NCBI GenBank assembly: GCA_051362555.1
Contig: CM120642.1
Location: 1,984,001 to 2,048,000, forward strand
Length of the DNA stretch: 64,000 bases
Reading direction: 5' to 3'
Source of the DNA: Lingula anatina
Lineage: Eukaryota; Animalia; Brachiopoda
Below are positions 49,801 to 61,800 of this stretch, piece after piece (position 1 is the stretch's first letter; every line of letters begins with the position of its first letter). Position numbers and translations under genes: made by a program. A model generated the notes under the pieces. It was given only the letters and a program-made list of their open reading frames with translations. It searched no databases and was not told the DNA's origin.

Positions 49801-52800
49801 CAGATGGGTTTGTAATTCTTGATGTCTTTCCTATTGCCCTTTTTGAACATTATGATCATGTTGGCGTTCTTCCAAGCTACAGGAATTTTCTTCAGATGTA
49901 AACACTTTGTGAAGAGCCTGGCTAATTCCTGAGATAGGATATCTCCTCCTGCTTTTACCATTTCTGCTTTGATGTTGTCATTTCCTGCTGCCTTTCCGTT
50001 CTTCATTTTCTGGACTGCTGACTCTTTTTTCCAAAATGTTATGTCTGGTAGATCGCATGCCTTTGTTGAGATTTCTATTCCCTTGTTGCTGTCATACAAC
50101 TCTCCATAGAATTCTTCTACTCGTTCTAATATCTGGTCTTGTGTGGTGAGCTCATTTTCATCTTTGTCTAGAAGGGTCAGCATTCTATCCTGCCCTAGTT
50201 GAAAGGATCTCTTTGCTCTTTTCATGCTCTTTCCATTTTCAATGGTCTCTGCTATCTTCTTCATGTTCTGCTTCCTGATGTCTTCCCTTGCCTTCTTCTT
50301 GATGGTCTTATCCAGTTCTGCATATTCGATGTTGTTTCTGATGTCCCTGTTGTTGTTTACCTCCGTTTTCTTCATCATCCGTCTTTTCTTCATGAGAATC
50401 CTCGTTTCTGTTGAGAGCTTAGAGTCCTTCATTTTACTGGCCGGTGCACATTCTAGGATGCACATTCTAGGATGGTGGTCGTTATTCTATCGTTCATTTC
50501 ATCTACTCCATCTTCACCTTCTAGCTCTAGTGCACTGAATCTGTTCGTTAGGAGGATTTGGAACTCGTCTTTCTTTATGACCAGTTGCTCGATACTAGGT
50601 CTCTTTGATGGATTTGACAGGCATTTCTGTCTGTCCTTCCTGACATTGATCCTAATCACTCCCATAACTGCTCTGTGGTCACTACCCGCATCCAGTCTGT
50701 TTAGCACTTTCACATCCGTGAAGATGTTCGGTCTGTTTGTCATGATGTAATCAGTTTCGTTTCTTGTACATCCATCTGGGCTTTGCCATGTCCATCTTCT
50801 TGATATCTTCTTCTTGTAGACGGTATTCATGATCTTCAAGTTATTTGCTGTCGCCCATTCAATCAGTAAGTCTCCTCTTTCATTCCTCTCTCCGCTGCCA
50901 AATTTCCCTGTGGCACGCTCTTGTTCGTCTGACTTTATCCCGATCTTGGCGTTGAAATCACCCATGACTATGTGGTAGTGGCAGTCTGTTGTCAACTGAC
51001 GTTGTACTTCTTCATACAGTTGTTCTACTTCTTCATCTGGTCTGCTTGATGTTGGTGCATATACCTGAATGAGTTTCATTGAGAATATCTGATTCACTTC
51101 GAGCTTGACTGTAGCCACCCTTGCGCTAATTTGCTTTACCTCGATGATGTTCTTAGCACCTTGTGTATCAGAAATCCAACTCCTTGTTGGCCATTTGAAG
51201 CATTTGTATGGTACAATATATGTCCGCTATTCAAGGTAATTAAGCGTTTTTCCGCTCGCCTAATTTCTGACAAGCCTATCACATGCCATTTAACTCCGGT
51301 GTCCTGAAGTTCAGTTTCCAATTAGATTAGTCAAAATCTTAACATTTGCTTGTCACCCTCAAAGGTGCATGCGCACTATCGACGATGTTTGCCACTGCAA
51401 GGGGGTAGTGGGCGAAACAGAAGGGGTATTCTTATGAAAAGAATTATGATTCATCATCTGAAATTACGCAGACTGTACGTCCTGGAGCCTTAAACCGAAA
51501 AAGGTGCAATAATAATTAGCATTGCCTGAAATTAAAGTGAATGCCATTTAAGTGTCATATCCTGTAACAGAAATTAAAAACTCGTTATGATGGATATTAA
51601 AATTACAAGGGTAGGCGAACAACAAAAAATTCATTCGCTGCCTGGCTAACCTGGAAAAATAAACTATTTTATCAATATTGATTAGCACAGCATTTTGTTC
51701 AAGTCAACCACAAAATATTTCCAAATGCACAGTTTTCCATCTTGTCACGGATTTCAACAGTGAAGTGTTGGCATCTCATCAAACATCTCTTCAAACCTGT
51801 AAAATTCTAAGGTCAGTACATACTTCAAATGCAAACAGGAATGAATGTACTTAGCTTAACAAACGCAAGTATAACAAAGTTTAAAAAAAAAAAGAATAAT
51901 GCTTACATTAATTGGGAGTAGCACGTATTGTAAAATATCAAGACATACAAAATATATTCGCCAAACAAACGTTGCATGCTTTTTTATGCACATTCCATTC
52001 ATTTAACAAGTTTACAACCAATTTATATCATCTCTTGTACTCAATACTTACCCTTACTTACGTGAATTCTATGTGAATTCCGATCAGTCATGTCATGAGG
52101 AAAAAACACAGCACCGTCGAACTTCTAAAAGTAACAGTCTAGAAAAACTATGTGTACATTTGTTTAAAGTAACAGGTATGTGTAATTAAGATGAACCTTA
52201 GATACGATATTTAGCTGTATCCAATAGAAATCAAGTCCGCCACATGCTACACCCCCTGAGTCGTCAGTCTTATGACGTATTATTTCGAGTCGCGTCTGTA
52301 TATCAATTTCTTTAGGCATCTTCTAATATGTCGTTACGCCTCTCTCTTTCTCTCTATTTTCTTCCCTGTCACTGGTATGTTATTTGCCTTAATGTACTCC
52401 AATGTGGCCTTATTGAGATTTTCAACGGGCTCCCAAGTATTCTGACTTCGTGGAAATCCTTTCCGCTTAATGAGGTACTGTGTTTCACCGTTTTTCCTCA
52501 CTCGACCTCTTAAGACCTTTCCTACTTCAAATAATTCATCTGTCTGGGACAAATCCGCTTGTCCTCCAGTCTCATTTTCTTGTTGCCCGTCACTTTCTGG
52601 CTCAATCTATTTACATGGACAAGTGTTTTTACTACATGACATGACATTGTCTGACACACGGCTTAATTTCACATTAACAGGTGTCGGCATATCTATGATA
52701 GTGAATGGACCAAGACGTGCTAACTTTTTGGTGCATCCTTTCGGGACAGCTGGATTGTAAACGAATACACGATCGCCTATTTGATATTTCACATCTTGAG

Positions 52801-55800
52801 CTTTCCTATCATACAATCTTTTCATTCTCTCTTTTGCTTGTTCTATATTCTCATGGGCTATCTCTTGGGCGACGCTTAATTTCTTAATCAAATTTTGAAT
52901 GTGGTAGTTCATTGACGGGGATTTTATTACTGGGGACAGAAGAGCTACATCAATTGGTAAACGTGCCTCTTTGCCATATAACAGGAAAAATGGACTCATC
53001 ATAGAGCTTGCGTTTGGTGTAACTCGTATACCCATTAGAGCTGAGTTAACAAATAAATCCCAATCTTTTTGATTCTTTGAAACATAATTTCATAATGTTT
53101 TCATAATCAACCCGTTTAATCTCTCTACCTGACCGTTAGTCATGGGGTGGTACGAACTAGTTTGGATTTTTGACATGTCTGTGTATTTGCATAACTCCAT
53201 CACTATGTCTGAGAGGAAATTACTGCCTCTATCACTTAACAAAGTTTTGGGTACCCCATGCCTGCATATTATCTCATCAAAAAGCAATATTGCAATGGTA
53301 GGTGCTGTAATGTCGGGTACCGGGAATGCTTCTGGCCATCTAGTTAAACTGTCTATGAATGTAACCAAATTCTTATTCCCTCGAACTGGTAGAGGTGTTA
53401 TGCAGTCAACAGACAAAGGTAACAACGGAGCCCTGAAATCTTTTGGAGGGTTTTTCTTTGTCAAGCATTCAACACAAGAACGCACGTAATCGACCACATC
53501 TGCGAACTGACCTTTCCAAAAATACTTCATCCGCAATGCTAAGTATGTTTTCTGAATGCCCCCATGACCGATTGTGATATCATCGTGTAAACTAGACAAA
53601 ACTTTGTACTTCAACTTGTCTGGAATAACAAGCAAATAACCTTCTGAGTGGGGTGATTTCCTTCCTTTGGGGACATAAATATGATGTAAAAAACCGTCTA
53701 TCATCACGTAATCTCCGATTTCTAACAACAAACGTCGAGCTTCTTTACTACCAAGTGGTAGTTCATCTGATGTCAAATACGCCATAATTGACGCAAGGTT
53801 CTTATCTTCACGCTGGAGTTTTAGCAATTCTTCTTTTGAAACAAATGACTGATAATTCTGACATTTTGACAAACGATCTGTGTTCTTTGTCTTCCCTTTA
53901 ATTGCTAAAAGCATTCCACACTTATCTGATCTGTTGTCACTCTTTTTAGAGTTATCGTCAAGTACCTGTCCTGAGATGGGGTCTGACATCTGTATTTTGT
54001 TCAAACACGCGTCACTTGGAATTGAACTCTGCATTGTGTCATAAAGTTTGTCCAAGTCTAATTCTTCATCATCGTTTTCCATGTCGTAAGGGCGGCGGCT
54101 AAGCGCGTCTGCATTCGCGTGGTTTTTTCCTTTTCTGTGTTCAATAGTAAAATTGTAAGGGGACAAAGTCAGTATCCATCGACACAATCTTCCACGCGGT
54201 TGTTTTTGTGACAATAACCATTTAAGGCTATCGTGGTCTGTGATGACTTTGAATTTGGAATGCCTAAGGTAGATATCGAAATATTTTATACCTTGTACAA
54301 CTGCTAATCCTTCCAATTCCGTGATGGGATCATTTTTCTCGTGTCTTTTTAAACCTCTCCCGGCATAAGCGATGACTCTTTCATTACCGTCTTGTATTTG
54401 TGATAGAACCATGCCTAACGCGTGTGAACTCGCGTCGGTGTACATAATAAACGGGAGATTAAAATTGGGATACGCAAGAATTGGAGCAGATGTAAGCGCA
54501 GTGTTCAGGGTATCGAAACTTGTTTGGCATTCTTCAAACCATTTAAATTCTTTCCCCTTTTGTGTAAGAGCTGCCAAAGGTCTAACTAAGCCGGCGTAGC
54601 CTTTTATAAACTTCCGATAGTAATTTGCCAATCCTAAAAATCCGCGGACTTGCTTAACTTTTAAAGGAACTGGGAATTCCCGCACCGCCTTACACTTCAT
54701 AGGGTCAACATGAACCCCGTCTTTGGAGACTATGTACCCTAAATATTTGACTTCTTTTCGTGCAATAAAACATGTAGATGGCTTCAATGTTAAGTTCGCT
54801 TTTCTTAGCCTTTGGAAAACAGTTTCTACATCACGAAGGTGATCTTCAAAAGTGGGACTCGCAACTATAATGTCATCTAAATATAAGAAAAGTGTTTTCC
54901 ATGATAAACCTCGAAACACATTTTCTACCATTCGTGAAAAAGTTGCGCCTGAACTTTTGAGACCCATCGGCATTCTGTTAAATTCAAAAAGACCGGCATG
55001 ACAAACGAATGCACTCATCGGTTTACTTTTTTCTGATAACCCTACTTCCCAATTTCCACTTCGAAGGTCAAACGTTGACATGAATTTCGGTTTAATTGAC
55101 CCCAACGCGTCTATCGTATCGTCAATTCTCGGTAAAGGGTAAACATCGTCTTTTGTAACCGCATTCAGCTTTCTGTAATCAATGCAAAAACGATATGAGC
55201 CATCTGGTTTTTGTACTAAAACAACCGGACTACTCCACGGAGAGACAGATGGTCTTATAATACCTTCTTGTAACATGTTCCCCACCTGTTCTTCTATAAC
55301 CTTCCGATGTTTCGGTGACGTTCGATACATTTGCGAACGAATGGGCATTTGATTTGGGTCCACTCTGATATCATGTTCAATGCCTGGGGTCATTTTCAAA
55401 GGCTCCCCAGGTTGTTTAAATACGTCCGCATATTTCGACAACAAATCAACAAATTCTGCTTTTTGTTCACTAGTGATATCTGAATCACTGAAATCTGCAT
55501 CAGGGACTTCGTTTCTTGTTTCATTCACCGTCGTCGGAGCTATAGTTCTTCCCGGCTTTTCTGTATCGTTTGAAAATTCAGTAATTTTTGTATCTTGGGG
55601 CAAAATTGAAAAATCTACTGACACTTGCCCTTTCAATGTGATTCGTGTGTTATTTGTAGCCACAGCTGTCGTTTTTGTAGATGTTATGATACGTAGTGAT
55701 TTTAGAGTGTCGTGTTTCCGTAATAGGTCGCTATTCACAATTGTAACATATGATCCTGTATCTATCAAAGCACTAATTTTGATTCCATTGATTAGCAATT

Positions 55801-58800
55801 CTACAAAATTGTTTTTCCCTAATTTTATTTCCTTTTCACATAATGATCGAACGGGTGCCCCTAGAAATATGTTGGCAAAATTCACCCCGTTCTTTTCCAA
55901 TTCGTGATTTTTGCTGTTCTAGGTTAAATTTCGGTTCCCATTGTAAAAGTTTTGCGTCCCTCGAGTATTTTGTTGTCGGGAATTTGGAAATGGTCTGCAA
56001 AATTTCTGTATGTGCCCAAATCTGTTGCATTTAAAACAACGGGGCCCCCCTGTAATCTGTTTTTGACGCCGACACGCAGCGTTTGTGTGCCCGTTCCTAC
56101 GACAGTAAGAACAGTACGGTGTTCCCGCAAAGTGTTGTTTTCCTACTTGCTCGCGTCTAATTTCCCGGCGAATGTCATCAATTTGTTTTTCTTGCTGTTT
56201 CATTATTCGCTGGAGATTTTTCTCAATTCCAGAGACAGATGTTACGATCTCCGGCTTTTCGTTTTCAACCGGTATTGATGCAATTGTTTACCCTAATCGT
56301 GCATGATTTTGTGCTTCTTCTACAGGGTTACCACTTAATATGGAATATTTTTTATCATTGTTATTTTTGAGTGCTGATTAATTTTTTTTGGCTTGAGTCA
56401 TTAAAAAAGTATGTCACAGAGTGATAATAACATCCAGTCTTCTGTTGTGAGATATTTTGGTCAATAATATTAAATCTGACATAAGATGCCATTCAAAAGA
56501 AAGGAACACCCCCAGAAAACCATATCAACAGTTTGATGTCAGTATAAACTTTAAGATAAGATATTAAAGAAAATGATAGCCTCCGAACAGTGATATGTTA
56601 CACAGTCAAAGAACTCACTACAGTAAATCATGGAAAGTCAGTAATTGCGGGTATGACCTCCAGCAGCCGCTTGCAGCGACCTCATCCTACATGGCATATC
56701 CTTTGACACGATTTTTAGAGTTTGGGTGGGGATATCATTCCACGCAGTGATATTTGCCTCTCGCAGTTCATCACTGTTTACCGGCCGAGGACCATAGCTA
56801 TTAATTCTGTGAGTTACTTCCGCCCACAGATTTTCAATTGGGCTCATATCTGGAGAGTTTGCAGGCCAGGACAGTTGCTGAACCCATTGGTTTTGAAGAA
56901 AAACAGTGATTCTGCGGCCTCGATGTGGGGTTGCGCAGTCGTCTTGGTACACAAAGTTGTTCCTGAAGATGAATCTTACCAATCGAAGCATTGTTTGCTG
57001 TAGAATGTCTCTGTAGGAATCCTGGATGAGGTTGCCTCCTAAAAAAACGAACTGGTTCTGGGCACCGACATGAAATACTCCCCAAACAGAGACGTTACCA
57101 TCCCCTGCTTGCACCCTAGGCAGTACACAATCATTGTTTTATGCCCCTACTACACGTCGGTGGACACGGATTCGACGATCAACCCTAAAAAATCCATATC
57201 TGGCCTTATCACTGAAAACAACGTGATTCCAGTGTTTTGGCTGCAAACGCACGTGGTCCCCAGCCCTTTGCAGACGTCGCTGTATATGACCTGCTGTTAA
57301 CAGTGGTTTCCCTACTGGCCTTCGTGCAAAATAACCGGCTTGCAGAAACGGGCGTTTCAATGACATTCTGCCTCTCTTTTCTGAGGACACTGGTTGTCTT
57401 TGTACGACCAGCACGGCCTCCACTAAGGAGAAGGCGATCCTGTCTTCTTGGTGTGATACGCGGACACCCAGGTTGAGGTATTGGAGTAGGTGCCCCTGTA
57501 GCAGCATTTCTTTGGAGGACTTCACAAACGGTTACTGATAAATGTTGAATAACCTGGCAATGGCTGTCCGTTTCTGGCCATTTTCTCTGAGAGCAAGAAT
57601 CCCATAGTAAGCTGCGTTGCTTTGCTGTCGTACCATATCTTCACTAAGGTACCTGTCAAGTTTCAGAGCGAACCCTTTGTTGCTTCTCTAAACACGCTCC
57701 AAAGATTGACCAAACCCATGCGTTTTTATACAAGGGCAGAAATTGCCGAAAAGACCACCCCTCACATTTCTGACCACAGAACATGCAACTGCATGCATCA
57801 ATTGTTTCTAGAGTTGTGTGGTAATTAGGTAACACATCTGGCTACACATGGAGTGACACCTCAGCTTTGGATTTAAAGTAGTTAGAGAGAAATTAAATAT
57901 TTTGTAGAAAATTTATTCGCCAAAAAATAATAGTCCATATTAAGTGGTAACCCTGTAAATTAGATGGGTTTTGCGCAATAACAAAACGTTTTATTTCGTT
58001 CCGTAACCCTCTCACGAAATACGCGAGTCTGTCGTCCACACTTTTATTAAGCAGAGAAAAACGGTGTCGCATATCCGCGATGTAAACCTCGATGGATTCA
58101 TTTTCTGCTTGTTTTCTTTCTCCGAGTTCGTGTTCTCTAGTCCATTTTGACGTTTGTCTGTCGAAATTGTTTTGAAATTCAGTTTTAAGAACATCGTAAC
58201 TCGATTTTCTTGCGTCAGACAATTCGGATAGCCATATTTCAGCAGGACCTTTCATGTATAGCATAAAGGCATGCAAATTCCGATCTGGGGAATATTTATT
58301 CAAATTGCAGTAATTTTCGAACCTCGTAAGCCATAACCGGGCGTTTTCTGTTGAAAAGCCAAAGAATGTATCGATATTTGGACCCGCAGAAACGGAAGTT
58401 GGTTTTTCGTTTAATTCTGTAAGTTTTCTCTGAAAGAGGGTCATCTTTACCCATAACATCTAATTTCATGTGAATATCTTCTAACTGGTCTCGAATATCT
58501 AAAAAAATCAAAAGGTTCTTCCTTACCTTTCATTTCTTTTGTTTGTCCGGTAGCCATCTTCTTTTCGAATAGAATACGTTCGCGTCTGGATGTCTGTCTG
58601 GTGACTGGTCCTTCTCTATCTGACATCATTCATATCTAAAGTCTCTTTTTCTTTTTGCATCCTCCACCATATGTGACGACGTAACTGACTTTGACTTACT
58701 GGTGGCGCGAGGTAATAACTAAACAATTCCATGTTTTCCTATATTCTTTATTATCGCTTTCTAACTACGCTGTCTACAGTTTATTCCTCTCCGTTCAACC

Positions 58801-61800
58801 TCTTACATCGTTCTCCCCGTCTACATTACATTCTTCGCTTAAGTACAGTTAGGTCTTGTGAATCAACCAAAGTGACACTACAAAACACTCCCCGCTCTTA
58901 TTCGCTGCATGCTGTCACTTACTAACGTTACAGGCCTACCAATTGCTCAATGGTACTGAAAATGATTTGGTCCAAAATGATCCAATATGCCGGATTTTCA
59001 TACAAAGAGCGTGGTTGAATATCATGTTTATATTTATATACTGTGTTTAAATTATAGACGGAAACCTACACAAAGCGGGCGTCAGACACTAGTTTAGCAG
59101 TGTTCTTTACTGGCACGCTTCGCGAGTATGGAAATGGTCACTGCGCAAGATGGTACTTTAAGTTTAATGGAAATGAGTGCTCAAATCCGGGGATAATCGA
59201 CGCATTCATCTATAACAGTGGAGATAACAATCCACAAACCAGGAGGACATTTGAATGTAAGCATAATCATTTTAGTTGAAACTCAGAACCATTTTTGGAA
59301 ATAAAATTAGTGTTTTTATCATCATTTTGGGTAGTTCATGCTTAAAAAGTACCTAATAAATGGTCTCATTTCTAGTTTTTTTACGAAAAAAAAATTGAAC
59401 CTAGAACCCGACAGACTAAAATCGTGTATTTAATAGTTTGAACGTGAATTAGAAGAAATAGAATTCCTTTTCCACAACAACAACAAAGTATGTGTGTGTT
59501 GAAATAAGTGTATTAGTTGTAATCATAGATGAAATGAAAAGTGTATAGAACTGGAAATGTGATGTTGATCTAGACGTGTAGGCCTATTACTATACTGTAG
59601 AGGGAGGAAGAAGGGGGCGGGGCCTGGAACTGTTCCTAACTCACAGTTATCCAGATAAATCAAATGCGTTATCTCTGGCATCGAAAATGTTGATATTCTT
59701 TTTCAGATTTTACACTTCTTTTTCAGATTTCACACCTAAGTAAACCTTTGTATTGATATATAATGGTGCCACTATTCAATCCGGTCATTTGTCGTTAGCT
59801 ACAGGTGCTTTTCGGTTCACGTTATCGATATTATTGCTTTCAGTTTCTGGAATCTGTAACGGTTTTCCGGCAGGAAACATTACAATAAGTCTACACACAG
59901 GGAGTTGTAGCTGGACGGGTCCCCAACATAGCCCTACGACCGGCTGGACAACTATTTCTAGAATAAGAGTGGAAGAGACGAGACTTGGCTTGGACATCAG
60001 CGCTCGTAAGTATAGATGTCGCTGCGCTTCCAGTGTGATAACCGCAATAGTCCGAAGGTTCATTGGTCCGAATGTTCACTACAGAACCTTCGGACCAATG
60101 AACCCTTGATTAATAAACCGATGAAAATGTTACCTTTTTTCGGACCAATGGACCTTCGGACCAATGAACCTTCGGACTATCGAGACGCCCCCGGGACATA
60201 CAGTTGTATGACATATTATTGTTATGGGACATATTATCGTTATAGACCAGTATAGTAGCAAAGGTGTTTTTAATATATTACAGGACATGGGATGTGGTAT
60301 GGCAAAGGTAGCCTCCCCCCTGTTTAAATGTTATAATACCGTTACTATAAAATGTGTAGACATTCACCAACGACCTATCGTCAACATATTCTAGTTCCCC
60401 TCTGTGTCCTTGTATATACAGTAGCTTCACTGAGTATGTCGGGTCAACCCGTATAATGTAGCACGCAGCCATTCCCTGAGATACGCCACTGATTGGCTAC
60501 ATGCGCATGTTTAACCCTTGCTTTTGTTTCAGTGGTGGGAACATCGGGCATTTCGGCCCTAAGACTCCCCGTCTTCAACCGCCAGTACTGGTGGTACCCT
60601 GCCATTAATTTTGAAACGGAAAAGACAACGATCAAAGTAAGTTTGTTTCTTATCAATATCGGGGCAAATATCTGTGTGAAAAACACTTGTTTTTGTGTCA
60701 AATGTCAAATGGGTCTTGTTTGGCCAACTTGATTTGTTAAAAATTTCAAACCACCTTAGCAGATATATATGTCATAGGCCAGATCCCAATCTAGTCCACT
60801 GCCTAAGTGGCCCAGACCAAATCCCAATTAGGACATTGTCCACATCCCAGTTGTGTCTTTGCATTGTTTTAACAGCATAAGGAGCATGTAATATACAGTT
60901 GAGCTGCCAGTTTGGTCAGGCCCGCAGCCGGGGGGGGGGGGGGGGGGGGGGGGAGGGGGGGGGTTCGGGGGGTTCGAAAGAACCGCCCCTTTTGGTGGGA
61001 AATGGTCCCCGCTGGGTAAAATTTGATGTAAGTTCATGAAGTTTTTATGGAAAAGGTCCACTTTTTCAGAAAAAGAACCCCCCTTTTGAAATTGCTGGCT
61101 ACGGGCCTGTTGGTTGTATACCATGTGTAATTAAATAGGGGATGTCATAGATCAAGGCAAATATTTTGATACTTACAGTTGTGGCAAATGAAATATAGTT
61201 GTATTCATCTGAGGATGATTTTTTAAAGACTGTTGCATAAATATTTAAAGGTAAAGCATTTTAATTTAATACAATATAATAATATCAAAATAGATTGATT
61301 TAAAAATATCCAGTAAAGGAACGTAAATCAAAGGTGTAGCAGCGAAAGCTAACAATGTATCATTTGTATAAATTTTATGACAACCTGTCCATTTTCCCAA
61401 TAGTAAGTGGTCATTTTTATTACAAATGTGGATTTTATCCAAGTGAAAACATATTGAGCTCATAGTACCATTATATGTGTAGTGTTCTATGACATCCCCT
61501 ATTTACTTACATATGCCACACAAACAAACTGGCAGCTCACCTGTAAATTACTTGGCAATTAACATGCTCATTATGCTGTTAAAAGAATGCACGGACGCCT
61601 GCCTTCTTCTGACTGACGTCGCACACGGGATGCTATCATACCTTTGTTCAAAACTATCTGAAGTTAAAATCATGAATGGATTTTATTTCAGAGTGAGACA
61701 TATAGCAAGAAGTCTGCTCTTACTGCTCTGAGAGTCCTATGGAGTGGAGTCACCCGTCAGTTGATCAGGGGCCAATGTGCACGGTGGTACTTCACTTTTA

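Larger units (their letters stand above)
47165..58932 (-). mobile_element. Full-length Ty3/Gypsy LTR retrotransposon with chromodomain integrase, in intron 6 of gene E
   Basis: Two ~260-bp LTRs (47165-47423, 58672-58932) with TG...CA ends, 4-bp TSD GGCC on both sides, PBS next to the 5' LTR, domain order gag-PR-RT-RH-IN-chromo. Confidence 0.95.

Noticed and set aside
48670-56278. Many plus-strand ORFs of 60-175 aa
   Set aside because: Antisense shadows of the RTE and Gypsy coding frames.
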